From: PVC group bacterium
GTDB lineage: Bacteria; Auribacterota; Erginobacteria; Erginobacterales; Erginobacteraceae
NCBI GenBank assembly: GCA_003561965.1
Contig: PWXJ01000123.1
Coordinates: 1-44,996 of the forward strand
Direction: 5' to 3'
Length of the DNA stretch: 44,996 nt
Part shown: piece after piece, positions 26,793 to 35,436 of the stretch
Position numbering within the stretch: position 1 is the stretch's first letter
How the letters are laid out: the number at the start of each line of letters is the position of its first letter
The notes under the pieces: model-generated
What the model saw: only the letters and a program-made list of their open reading frames with translations
Databases searched by the model: none
Told to the model about the DNA's origin: nothing
Translations under genes and position numbers: made by a program

Positions 26793-26980
26793 ACGGTTCG
26801 GAAGGGGCGTTTGCGGTCGAGCTTGGAGCCGAGCGAATCGCCGCAGAACGGGCAGGTGTAGTCGTACTTGTCTCCCCCGGGGAGGACCAGGAGGAGCCGC
26901 TTGCGGACCTCGACCGGGCGCTTACACCGGGGACAGTAGAGGGTCACCGCGTCGAACTCGTTGAAGTAATCTTCTCTCAT
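26789..26980 (-). CDS. Small zinc-ribbon protein (63 aa), function unknown
   Basis: MREDYFNEFDAVTLYCPRCKRP...YTCPFCGD has two CxxC pairs. Only the last 63 codons of the 270-aa track ORF look coding; the rest overlaps hisH antisense. Confidence 0.5.
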   Translation of the reverse strand: MREDYFNEFDAVTLYCPRCKRPVEVRKRLLLVLPGGDKYDYTCPFCGDSLGSKLDRKRPFRTV

Positions 26981-27055
26981 AAGTATTGTCGATCCGGTTT
27001 CGATAATATACTTTGCCCGGCGCATTGTTGGCAGTAATTTTTTCGGAGAAAAATT

Positions 27056-27673
27056 TTGATCGGGATCGTCGATTACGGGATGGGCAACCTCCGGTCGGTG
27101 GAGAAGGCACTCGAGCACCTGGGGGCCCGGTGCTCGATCCTCACCGAGCCGGGGAACCCGGATGAACTGGCCGGGGTGATCCTGCCCGGGCTGGGGGCCT
27201 TCTCCCGGGCGATGGACAACCTCCGGGCCGGCGGCTGGCCGGAGTGGATCCGGGGACTGGCCGGTGGAGGAAAACCCCTGCTCGGGATCTGCCTCGGGCT
27301 CCAGCTCCTCTTCAGCCGGAGCGAGGAGGGAGCGGGGGACACCGGCCTCGATCTCCTTCCGGGCCGGGTGGCCCGGCTGCCGGAGCGGGCGAAGATCATA
27401 CCCCATATGGGCTGGAACCAGATCCGCTTCCGGGAACGGAGCCCTCTCTTCGAGGGGGTCGGGGATGGCAGCTGGGTTTACTTCGTCCACTCCTATATCG
27501 CGGTCCCCGGGGATCCGGCCGTGATCGCCGCCGTCACCGATTACGGGGGCGAGTTCGTCTCCGCCGTCTCCCGGGGCAATATCCACGGCCTCCAGTTCCA
27601 CCCGGAAAAGAGCCAGGCCACAGGTTTGCGGATCCTGGAAAACTTTATCCGCCTGGCAGGTTCAGGAGCATAG
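27056..27673 (+). CDS. hisH: Imidazole glycerol phosphate synthase, glutamine amidotransferase subunit HisH
   Basis: IGIVDYGMGNLRSV, GICLGLQLL (catalytic Cys), HSY and QFHPEKS motifs. TTG start. Confidence 0.9.
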   Translation: MIGIVDYGMGNLRSVEKALEHLGARCSILTEPGNPDELAGVILPGLGAFSRAMDNLRAGGWPEWIRGLAGGGKPLLGICLGLQLLFSRSEEGAGDTGLDLLPGRVARLPERAKIIPHMGWNQIRFRERSPLFEGVGDGSWVYFVHSYIAVPGDPAVIAAVTDYGGEFVSAVSRGNIHGLQFHPEKSQATGLRILENFIRLAGSGA

Positions 27674-27716
27674 CGAAATCAACCTTCAATAAAATATTTC
27701 GAGGAAATATTTTACA

Positions 27717-28478
27717 ATGCTGGCCAAACGGATCATACCCTGCCTGGACGTCAAGGACGGCCGGGTGGTCAAGGGGGTCAATTTCCTCGACCTCCGCGAC
27801 GCCGGGGACCCGGTCGAGCAGGCCCGCTTCTACGAACGGGAGGGGGCCGACGAACTGGTCTTCCTCGACATCACCGCTTCCTCCGACAACCGCAAGACCA
27901 TCGTTGAACTGGCCCGGCGGACCGCCGACGAGGTCTTCATCCCCTTCACGATCGGAGGCGGGATCGGCAGCCTGGAAGACATCCGGGAGATTCTCAAGGC
28001 CGGGGCGGACAAGGTCTCGCTCAACACCGCCGCCGTCCTCGACCCCGCGCTGATCGGCCGGGCCGCCGACCGGTTCGGTTCCCAGTGCGTGGTGGTCGCC
28101 ATCGACGCCTGCCGGAAGGCCGGCGGCTGGGAGGTCTTTACCCACGGGGGGAGGACCCCGGCGGGTATCGACGCCGTCGAGTGGGCGCGGGAAGTCCAGA
28201 AACGGGGGGCGGGGGAGATCCTCCTGACCAGTATGGACGGCGACGGGACCCTGGCCGGTTACGACCTCGAGCTGACCCGGGAGATCACCCGGGCGGTGAA
28301 AATCCCGGTGATCGCTTCCGGAGGGGTGGGAAGCCTGGAAGATCTCTACCGGGGGATCGCCGAGGGCGGGGCCCAGGCGGTCCTGGCGGCCTCGATCTTT
28401 CACTTCCGGACTTACTCGATCCGCCAGGCCAAGCTTTATCTCCGGGAGCGGGGAATTCCGGTCCGGCTGGGCCGGTAG
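27717..28478 (+). CDS. hisF: Imidazole glycerol phosphate synthase cyclase subunit HisF
   Basis: [29 protein letters not shown] and [11 protein letters not shown] are typical of HisF. Confidence 0.95.
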   Translation: MLAKRIIPCLDVKDGRVVKGVNFLDLRDAGDPVEQARFYEREGADELVFLDITASSDNRKTIVELARRTADEVFIPFTIGGGIGSLEDIREILKAGADKVSLNTAAVLDPALIGRAADRFGSQCVVVAIDACRKAGGWEVFTHGGRTPAGIDAVEWAREVQKRGAGEILLTSMDGDGTLAGYDLELTREITRAVKIPVIASGGVGSLEDLYRGIAEGGAQAVLAASIFHFRTYSIRQAKLYLRERGIPVRLGR

Positions 28479-28700
28479 CACAGGCGGCTGGTGGCACAGG
28501 CGGCCGGTGGCACAGGCGGCCGGTGGCACAGGCGGCTCGCCTGTGTGTTTTCGGTGGCACAGGCGGCTCGCCTGTGTGTTTTCTGGTGGCACAGGCGGCT
28601 CGCCTGTGCCACTGACCGCCCAACGCACAGGCGAGCCGCCTGGGCTACAAAAAAAATACACCGATCCGACGAAGACGCACAGGCGAGCCGCCTGTGCTAC
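28479..28700. repeat. Array of REP-like palindromic units (core CACAGGCG; full unit GGTGGCACAGGCGGCTCGCCTGTGTGTTTTC)
   Basis: There are eight CACAGGCG cores. Three 16-bp half units start at 28479, 28495 and 28511. Three full hairpin units start at 28527, 28558 and 28590. Two opposite-orientation units (CACAGGCGAGCCGCCTG(G/T)GCTAC) start at 28626 and 28678. The array fills the whole hisF-to-OMP intergenic gap. Confidence 0.9.
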
Positions 28701-29992
28701 TAAAAGAAATACGACGAACCGGCGAAGACGTAGACAAATGACTCCCGGGCGCTGACCCTGACGATCCCCTCTCCCTCCCGGAAACCGAGATGATGACCGG
28801 TCCCCCAGCTGTAGTTCAGGCCCAGGTTGAACGAGGTGTTCGCGGTCTCCCGGCCGATGCTGGCGGTCAGGCCGTACTTGTCGATCTTTGCCGGGTAGCT
28901 GGCGGTCTCGATACCGGTGGGGGTTGGGGCGGAGGATAGACTGGTGAAAAAGCCGGCCCGGAGAGGGTAGTTTTCGGCCAGGTAATATTCCCCGCCCAGG
29001 CTGAAATCGACCACCGGTCGATTCTTGAATGGATATATCGCGGTATCTCCATCCTGAGTTTTGCCCTTCAGCCGGTTACCGCTGGCATAGAAGTTGTAGA
29101 TCAGATCAAAGGCCAGGGCGTATCTCCCGGGCTCGGACCAGGCAACCCCTCCGGCCACCCGGGCGGGGATGGTGTTCCTGGTCCGGGCGTCTTTTACGTA
29201 CATAGCGAACCTCACACCCTCGGTCTCCTGGTAGGTATAAAACAACTCGCCGGAGCCCCCGAGATTAAAGGAGGGAGGCTGGGCGCTGAGACCGAATGAC
29301 CAGTTGGAGCCGGGCCGGTAGTGAGCTCCCAGGACGGGCAGGAGGCTGAAGTCATTGTACTTGATCTGGTTGGACAGGCCGGCGAAATAGAAAAGGTCGG
29401 CGTCCGGGGCTTCAAGGTTCCAGACCATCTGCTCGAAACTGCTGAACGTGCGGTAGACACCGAATATCGAGAGCCCGAAGGATACCTCCCCGCTGACCCG
29501 GTAAGCAACACTGGGCCCCAGCCGGATCGTCTGGTCGTCTTTGTTGATGTTGTTGAATTCTTCCCGCCGGGCGGGTCCGAATCTCTCGGTGTAAACATCC
29601 AGATCGTTGATCCGTTCCATATGCGGAACAAAGGCGGAGAACGCCAGACCCCAGTCCTCGCTCACCTTCCAGACCGAACCGAAGGCGGTGGGGATAACTA
29701 AAAAGGAATCGATATCTATATCCCGCCCGGGGGCCCAGCCGTCTCTCACCCGATAGTTGGACAGCCCGTAAACGCTGGCGGAGAGCGAGATCGTGTTGTT
29801 CTCCGTCAGGGCCAGGCCGGCGGGGTTGTAATAACAGGACTCGACCGCGGTGGCCAGGGCTGTCGCCGCTCCCCCCATCCCGGCCGCCCGGTCCCCGACG
29901 ATATAGTCCCGGTAGTTCGCTTCCCCGGCTAAGATTGCGGGGGGCAGGCAGACGCAGACGATAGCGGCCAGAAAGCAAACCATTTTCTTCAC
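28700..29992 (-). CDS. Outer-membrane beta-barrel protein, FadL/TodX/PorV-like
   Basis: Signal peptide. N-terminal NYRDYIVGDRAAGMGGAATA...CYYNPAGLAL motif, alternating beta-strand pattern, and a C-terminal ...GSSYFF. GTG start with AAGGGAGGTG upstream. Confidence 0.7.
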   Translation of the reverse strand: MKKMVCFLAAIVCVCLPPAILAGEANYRDYIVGDRAAGMGGAATALATAVESCYYNPAGLALTENNTISLSASVYGLSNYRVRDGWAPGRDIDIDSFLVIPTAFGSVWKVSEDWGLAFSAFVPHMERINDLDVYTERFGPARREEFNNINKDDQTIRLGPSVAYRVSGEVSFGLSIFGVYRTFSSFEQMVWNLEAPDADLFYFAGLSNQIKYNDFSLLPVLGAHYRPGSNWSFGLSAQPPSFNLGGSGELFYTYQETEGVRFAMYVKDARTRNTIPARVAGGVAWSEPGRYALAFDLIYNFYASGNRLKGKTQDGDTAIYPFKNRPVVDFSLGGEYYLAENYPLRAGFFTSLSSAPTPTGIETASYPAKIDKYGLTASIGRETANTSFNLGLNYSWGTGHHLGFREGEGIVRVSARESFVYVFAGSSYFF

Positions 29993-30018
29993 GGTTCACC
30001 TCCCTTCGATTAGGAATG

Positions 30019-30266
30019 TACAGGTGGGCCAAAAAGCACAGGCGAGCCGCCTGGGCCACCGGAAACACACAGGCGAGCCGCCTGTGCCACCGGAAACACA
30101 CAGGCGGGCCAAAATGCACAGGCGAGCCGCCTGTGCCACCGAAAACACACAGGCGAGCCGCCTGGGCCACCGGAAACACACAGGCGGGCCAAAATGCACA
30201 GGCGAGCCGCCTGTGCCACCGGAAACACACAGGCGAGCCGCCTGTGCCACCGGCCGCCTGTGCTAC
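30019..30266. repeat. Array of REP-like palindromic units in the opposite orientation to 28479-28625, with an exact 80-bp higher-order period
   Basis: The 31-bp units CACAGGCGAGCCGCCTG(T/G)GCCACCG(G/A)AAACA start at 30037, 30068, 30117, 30148, 30197 and 30228. The 18-bp truncated units CACAGGCGGGCCAAAATG start at 30099 and 30179, with a degenerate copy at 30019. The pattern (18+31+31) repeats three times. Confidence 0.9.
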
Positions 30267-31295
30267 CTACCGCCGGACGTGGGGATAGCGGTAGTTGAAC
30301 TCGTCGTCGGTGATCCGGATCACCCGGTTGTTGGCCGGCCGTCCGGACCGGCTGACCAGGTAGAGCTGCCAGCTCTCACCGTTTCTCCGGGAGGAAAATA
30401 CCACCGCCCGGCCGTCGGGGGAGACGGTCGGCGAATGATCGGGGGCGGCATCCCGGGTAATGTTCAAAAACCTGCCGTCCTCGATATAACTCAGCCAGAT
30501 ATCGTCCTGCCCGGCCTGGCCGGACGAATAAAGCAATGCCGGACCCTCGGGGTCGTCGATCAGGGTCATCCGGCTCTCCCGGAGGGCGTGGGTGATGATC
30601 TCCCTCGGCTCGCCGGAGGCGATCTCCAACTGGTAGAGCTTGTACCGGCCCAGGCGGTCGTAGCCGAAGATCACCCGTCGGCCGTCGGGAGAGAAAGCGA
30701 TCGAGCCGCCGCTGCCCTCGGGAAATTCCGTCAGGGGGCGGTCGACGCCGTCCACGGTGTCGAACTTCCGGAGGTTGTCCACCCCGTCCCTTTCGGAGAA
30801 ATAGACCACCGACCGGTTGTCCGGCGACCAGACCGGGAAGGTATCAGCCCCCGGGTTGTCGGTCAGCCTCCTCAGGCCGGTTCCGTCGGCGTTGACCAGG
30901 TAGATCTCCCGCCGGCCGTCCCGGTCGGAAGTGAAGACGATCCGCTCGCCGTCGGGAGACCAGCTGGGGTAAGAGTCGCAGGCGGTGCTTTCGGCCAGCC
31001 TCCGCATCTCCCCGGTAGCGCAATCCAGAACATATATCTGGTTGTTGCCGGTCTTGTCGGAGTGGACCAGTATCTCCATCTCCAGCGGCTCGGCCGGGTC
31101 GAAGGGGAGTACGATCTCCTCCATCTCCGGCGTCGGCGAAGGGGGCGGCGGCGGGGTGATCACCCGGGGGGTGGGGGAAGGCGGAGGCGGCGGAAGATCG
31201 ACCGGGGTGGGGATGGTGCGGCAGCTTCCCAGCAGAAACAGGAGGAACCCCGCGAGGACAATCCCGGTCAGTTTTATTTCAGGGGCTTTAATCAT
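30267..31295 (-). CDS. TolB-like / PD40 (WD40-like) beta-propeller lipoprotein
   Basis: Lipobox LLGSC and a Pro-rich linker with duplicated PPPPPSPTP. Repeated PD40 motifs follow (SWSPDGERIVFTSDRDGRREIYLVNADG, VWSPDNRSVVYFSERDG, AFSPDGRRVIFG, TVSPDGRAVVFSS). Confidence 0.8.
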   Translation of the reverse strand: MIKAPEIKLTGIVLAGFLLFLLGSCRTIPTPVDLPPPPPSPTPRVITPPPPPSPTPEMEEIVLPFDPAEPLEMEILVHSDKTGNNQIYVLDCATGEMRRLAESTACDSYPSWSPDGERIVFTSDRDGRREIYLVNADGTGLRRLTDNPGADTFPVWSPDNRSVVYFSERDGVDNLRKFDTVDGVDRPLTEFPEGSGGSIAFSPDGRRVIFGYDRLGRYKLYQLEIASGEPREIITHALRESRMTLIDDPEGPALLYSSGQAGQDDIWLSYIEDGRFLNITRDAAPDHSPTVSPDGRAVVFSSRRNGESWQLYLVSRSGRPANNRVIRITDDEFNYRYPHVRR

Positions 31296-31359
31296 TTATC
31301 CTCCGGGCCGTCGCGGGAAAACGATTATACCATATTTTCCGGACGGGACAAGCGGGTTT

Positions 31360-31399
31360 GAAATTTTAACAAGCGGGCTGCCGATTCCGGCAGCCCGCT
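31360..31399 (-). terminator. Rho-independent terminator-like hairpin downstream of the barrel gene
   Basis: A perfect 12-bp stem AGCGGGCTGCCG / CGGCAGCCCGCT (31372-83 / 31388-99) with loop ATTC. On the minus strand it is followed by TGTTAAAATTTC. Confidence 0.6.
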
Positions 31400-31416
31400 G
31401 GGGAACACAGGTGACG

Positions 31417-32283
31417 TTAAAAGAAAGCGCCGGCGCCGAGGATCAGCTCGGAAGTGGGAGAGCCCTCGTCAAAGCCCATCCCGAGCCCGACCCGGCCGGA
31501 GAAGTCCTGGCCGAACCAGTAGGTCAGGCCGCCGGTCAGCTTGAAATCCTTCTTCATACCCCGGTAAGCCTGGGAGGCGAAATCGACCTCGCAACTGAGA
31601 TCGATAGCCGAGCTGGCATAATATATCAGGCCGGCACCCATCATAATCTGCGCCCGGCCGTTGAATTTTTCCTCCACTTTGACTTTGCTCGTCCCAACCG
31701 TGATCTCCCTGCCATCGGGGTCGATGACGATCTCCTCGTCGGTGGTCCGGTATTGCCACCTGGCGTTAGCGTTGAACCGAAAGCCGAGGTGCCCGACCAG
31801 GGCCAGGACTTCAGAAAAGTAGTACCGCCCGGCTCCGAACAATTCCAGATTGAACTCGTTGGAGGCGACGGGATGAAATAGCTTCTTGTTCCCGGTGGGG
31901 ACGGTGAAGAGCAAGCCGAAAGACAGAAGAATCGGGTCATCGATGAACTGGAACTTGCCCCAGAGGTCGATGTCGCTGAACCTGGTTTCGGAACTCAAAC
32001 CACTGGGGTCACTGTGGACCAGCCAGACCCGGCCCCCGGTCTCCAGCCGGGGCAGGGCGGCGAAACTGGTGGCGAAGGTGGGGCCGAGCAGCCAGAAGTC
32101 GGACTGAAACCCGCGCTGGTTCCACTGCTGGTAGCGCAACTGGCCGTCCAGGTACATCCCGGTGAAGACCGCCCCGTCCCGCTCCGGGTTCTGGAACAGG
32201 CGGGCGTCAGGTGAGATCTGGGCCGCGGCGGCCGGGACGATCAGAACGGCCGCCAGTAACATAGCTGAACACTTGAGAAGCAT
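31417..32283 (-). CDS. Outer-membrane beta-barrel protein (function unknown)
   Basis: Start reassigned to ATG 32283 (AAGGAGG upstream). Signal peptide MLLKCSAMLLAAVLIVPAAAAQ, alternating amphipathic strands, and a C-terminal GAGAFF. Confidence 0.6.
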   Translation of the reverse strand: MLLKCSAMLLAAVLIVPAAAAQISPDARLFQNPERDGAVFTGMYLDGQLRYQQWNQRGFQSDFWLLGPTFATSFAALPRLETGGRVWLVHSDPSGLSSETRFSDIDLWGKFQFIDDPILLSFGLLFTVPTGNKKLFHPVASNEFNLELFGAGRYYFSEVLALVGHLGFRFNANARWQYRTTDEEIVIDPDGREITVGTSKVKVEEKFNGRAQIMMGAGLIYYASSAIDLSCEVDFASQAYRGMKKDFKLTGGLTYWFGQDFSGRVGLGMGFDEGSPTSELILGAGAFF

Positions 32284-32409
32284 CGCAACCTCCTTGCGGT
32301 TATGGGGCCGTCCCCGAGCCCGGCTGGAGACGTCAACCCGGGACAAACATAATACATAATCACCCGCCCGGTTCAAATGAAAATCGCGGAGTGAATAGCG
32401 GAAAATGGA

Positions 32410-33720
32410 CTAAAAAATATATGCCGAGGAGAGAAAGACAAAGAGATGGGCCTCCCGCTGGTCGACCGCGGCCGGCTGAAAATCTTCGGTAAACCCCACC
32501 GTCTTCCCCTTCCCCCAGACGTAATTGACCCCGATCGAGAAGGCGGTATGCTCGGATTCGCTGCCGACGCTCAGGCTCACCCCGTACATATCGACTTTAT
32601 CCCGGCTCTCGGCTAATTTCTCCTCGTCCACTCCGGGGGAAGAAGAGAGGTTGGTAAAGACACCCGCCCGGAGGGGGTATCTTTCGGCGACGTAGTACTC
32701 GCCCCCCAGATTGAGATTGATCACTGCCTTCCTTTCCAGGCGGAGGGAGAACGGCTCGCCGGTCCAGTATTCCTCTCCGGAGAGCTGATTGTAGCTGATC
32801 GGAAGATGGTAGGAGAGGTTCCCCTCCAGGGCGAAACGGCCGCTTTCCCGCCAGGCCGCCCCGGCGGTGAAGCGGGCCGGCAGGCGGTTGCGGCTCTTCA
32901 TCCCGGCGGATTCAACCAGCAGATCGGTCTCCGGGGAGCCGAGGCTGACCGCGTAGAGCAGATTGCCGGAACCGTAAATGTCCAACGACGGGGTCTGGAC
33001 GGCCAGGCCGAGAACAACTGTTTCCGACAGGTCGTACTGGGCTCCGAGAATTCCCAGGAGGCTGTAATTGGAGAAGTCGAGGTTATGGACCCGGGCCTGG
33101 ACCCGGCTAACCTCCCGGGTTCCCCCGGCGGTGTAGAGGTAGGCCCAGTCCTGTTTGGTGTCCAGGGAGCGGTAAACCAGGTAGCCCCCGGCCCCGATCC
33201 TCAGCCGCCTCCCCGCCCGCCAGCCCAGCGAGGGGCCGAGCCAGGTGCTGCTGTCGTCAAAGCTGGCGGAGTAGTAGTCGGAGCGTTCCAGACCCGGGGC
33301 GTCGGGCCGGCGCCGAAAAGATTCCCGGACGTTGATATCGAGCGAATCGGGGACGAAGACCGCGAAAGCCAGGGAGAGGTTCTCGGAGATATTGAGGATG
33401 GAACCGAAAGTCGAGGGGATGGTCTCGAACTGGGCGGCCTTGAGGTGCTCCCCCGGCCCCAGGCCGTCGGCGACCCGGTACTTCTGGATCCCATAGAGGC
33501 TGACCGAAAGGGAGATCCGGGACCCGGCGACCGCGGCCAGCCCGGCCGGGTTGTAGTAGGCGGCGTCGAGATCGGCGGTCGAGGCGGTCACCGCCCCTCC
33601 CATCCCGGCCGCCCGGTCGCCCACCAGAAAGTTCCGGTAGTTGGTATCGTCGGCGACGACCCCCGCAAACCCGGACCAGGCGAGCAGGATAACTACCGCG
33701 GCGGCTGTTTTCGTTATCAT
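32410..33720 (-). CDS. Outer-membrane beta-barrel protein, FadL/TodX/PorV-like (paralog of 28700-29992)
   Basis: Signal peptide. NYRNFLVGDRAAGMGGAVTA...AYYNPAGLAAV and a C-terminal SSAYIF. Collinear with the other copy. Confidence 0.7.
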   Translation of the reverse strand: MITKTAAAVVILLAWSGFAGVVADDTNYRNFLVGDRAAGMGGAVTASTADLDAAYYNPAGLAAVAGSRISLSVSLYGIQKYRVADGLGPGEHLKAAQFETIPSTFGSILNISENLSLAFAVFVPDSLDINVRESFRRRPDAPGLERSDYYSASFDDSSTWLGPSLGWRAGRRLRIGAGGYLVYRSLDTKQDWAYLYTAGGTREVSRVQARVHNLDFSNYSLLGILGAQYDLSETVVLGLAVQTPSLDIYGSGNLLYAVSLGSPETDLLVESAGMKSRNRLPARFTAGAAWRESGRFALEGNLSYHLPISYNQLSGEEYWTGEPFSLRLERKAVINLNLGGEYYVAERYPLRAGVFTNLSSSPGVDEEKLAESRDKVDMYGVSLSVGSESEHTAFSIGVNYVWGKGKTVGFTEDFQPAAVDQREAHLFVFLSSAYIF

Positions 33721-33869
33721 CGGGTGAATCCGCCCGGAAGGGGCGGGGACCAGGTGGATTTCCCCCGATTAATCCACAGAACCCCCCGGAATTCAAGACA
33801 GTTTTTCCTTCCCTTCCCGGCGATTCCGGATAAGATATCCGGCCGGTCAAAAAACCTCCGGTAGCCCCT

Positions 33870-34772
33870 GTGATGAAGACCCCAGAAAGAGAAGACGGAA
33901 TTATCAACCCGGTCCTGCTCTCCAGCGGCTCGCTGCGCAACTACGGGCTTGACCGGGTCTTCGAGATCGCCGCCCGCTGCGGCTACGACGGGGTGGAGCT
34001 GATCGTCGACGAGCGGACCGACTCGGTCCACGGCGATTACCTCCGGCAACTGGCCGAGCGGTATTCAATCCCGGTCCCGGTCGTCCACGCCCCCTTCGCC
34101 TTCCTCGATCCTCCCGGCTGGGAGAAGGACGAACTCTTCCGGCTGGTCCGCTCGGTCCGGCTGGCCGAGGAGATCCAGGCCCGGTCGGTGGTGCTCCACA
34201 CGCCTTTTTACACCGACCGGGCCTTCATCCGCTGGCTGAAGGAGGACCTGGATCAGTTCCAGGAGAAGAACACGGTCTCGATCCTGATCGAGAATATGCC
34301 CTGCTACCGGAAGGTAGGGGGGAGGCTGGGCCGGCTCTTCTCGATCCCCGATCTGGCCGACCGGAACCGGAAGGGGATCTGGAAGCTGGTCCCGGATTTT
34401 CTCCTCCCCCGCTGCTTCCCCTTAAGCGGCCTGGAGGAGATGTCCCGGTTCGGCCGGATCATCCTCGACACCACCCACCTGGGGACCGCCGGGATCGATC
34501 CGATCGCCGCCTACGACCGGCTGAAGCTGCGGATCGACCACATCCACCTCTCCAACTACGACGGCCGGGAGCACCTGGAACTGAGGACCGGGAACCTCGA
34601 CCTGGCCGCCTTCCTCCGCCACGTTACCGCCTCCGGCTACCGGGGCGGCTACTGCCTGGAGATAATGCCCGAGTACTTCCCCGCCGACGACGAAGAGCAC
34701 ACGGTCAAGCTTCTGACCGACAACCTGGAATTCATCCGCGCCGCGATCAGAGAAGGGATGACCGGGACGTAG
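33870..34772 (+). CDS. Sugar phosphate isomerase/epimerase (xylose-isomerase-like TIM barrel)
   Basis: FEIAARCGYDGVELI..., VVHAPF, VVLHTP, ILIEN and DTTHL segments match the AP-endonuclease-2/xylose-isomerase-like barrel family. The start is GTG 33870 or ATG 33873. Confidence 0.65.
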   Translation: MMKTPEREDGIINPVLLSSGSLRNYGLDRVFEIAARCGYDGVELIVDERTDSVHGDYLRQLAERYSIPVPVVHAPFAFLDPPGWEKDELFRLVRSVRLAEEIQARSVVLHTPFYTDRAFIRWLKEDLDQFQEKNTVSILIENMPCYRKVGGRLGRLFSIPDLADRNRKGIWKLVPDFLLPRCFPLSGLEEMSRFGRIILDTTHLGTAGIDPIAAYDRLKLRIDHIHLSNYDGREHLELRTGNLDLAAFLRHVTASGYRGGYCLEIMPEYFPADDEEHTVKLLTDNLEFIRAAIREGMTGT

Positions 34773-34794
34773 GAGGAGCCGGAAGCCCGGGACG

Positions 34795-35436
34795 TCAGAC
34801 TTCGTCAAGCGCGGCCCGGAGCTTGGCGGTCAGGTAGCCGGAGACGATCTTCTGGATCTTGAGCATCAGGGCGGGGTTGATCTTCCGGATATCCTCCAGG
34901 ACCGGGTAATCCCAGCGCCGCAGGGCGACCAGACCCCGGGCCCGGGCGGAGATCGGGGACGGCCCGGGGGAGACAAAGTCGCAGGAATCGGCCAGGAAGT
35001 CCCCCCGGCTGACCCGGGCCACCTCCTCCCCTTCCCGGATGACCGCCGCCGTCCCTTCCAGGACCAGGTAGAGCGACTGCTGCCGTTCCCCCTCCCGGAC
35101 GATGGTCCCGCCTTCGCGTTCCTCCCGCCGGCCGGTCCGCCAGAAGTAGAGAAACTCCCGCCGGGACATCGCCCGGAAGGATTTGAGGTAGATCTCCTCC
35201 AGCTGGCCGGAGAGCTCGATCGGGCTCCGCTGTTTGAGGATCCTCCCCACCTGGTAGGCGTTGACCAGGATGAAGCCGGTGTTCCAGACGGTCATCGAGA
35301 GGTTGTCCGCCCGGAGGGCGTAGGTGATGAAGGCCGCCTGGGAGAGGATCAGGGTCAGCCGCAGCCAGAAGACCTCCCGGACCAGGAAGGCGGCCAGCAT
35401 CAAAACGTAGGCCAGGTTGAGAAAGATATCGGTCAT
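34795..35436 (-). CDS. Membrane protein with a C-terminal cyclic-nucleotide-binding (cNMP) domain
   Basis: Three N-terminal hydrophobic helices, then a cNMP-like beta-roll ([41 protein letters not shown]). Its ATG overlaps the korB stop (ATGA). Confidence 0.55.
   Translation of the reverse strand: MTDIFLNLAYVLMLAAFLVREVFWLRLTLILSQAAFITYALRADNLSMTVWNTGFILVNAYQVGRILKQRSPIELSGQLEEIYLKSFRAMSRREFLYFWRTGRREEREGGTIVREGERQQSLYLVLEGTAAVIREGEEVARVSRGDFLADSCDFVSPGPSPISARARGLVALRRWDYPVLEDIRKINPALMLKIQKIVSGYLTAKLRAALDEV

Noticed and set aside
26981-27601. Upstream 207 codons of the minus-strand ORF 26789-27601.
   Set aside because: This stretch is antisense to hisH and compositionally degenerate. Only the terminal 63-codon zinc-ribbon ORF, which lies outside hisH, looks genuine.
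28491-28755. Small ORFs inside the repeat arrays (28491-28703, 28507-28755, 29996-30250, 30010-30228, 30016-30288) that encode reiterated AQAARLC/HRRAACAT peptides.
   Set aside because: These are translation artefacts of the tandem DNA repeats in several frames and on both strands. They have no RBS, and their composition simply mirrors the repeat.
28479-30266. Possible CRISPR arrays, given many direct copies of a roughly 31-bp palindromic repeat.
   Set aside because: The repeats abut each other or are separated only by fragments of the same unit. There are no unique spacers of 25-40 bp, no leader and no cas genes. The structure fits REP/BIME-like elements instead.
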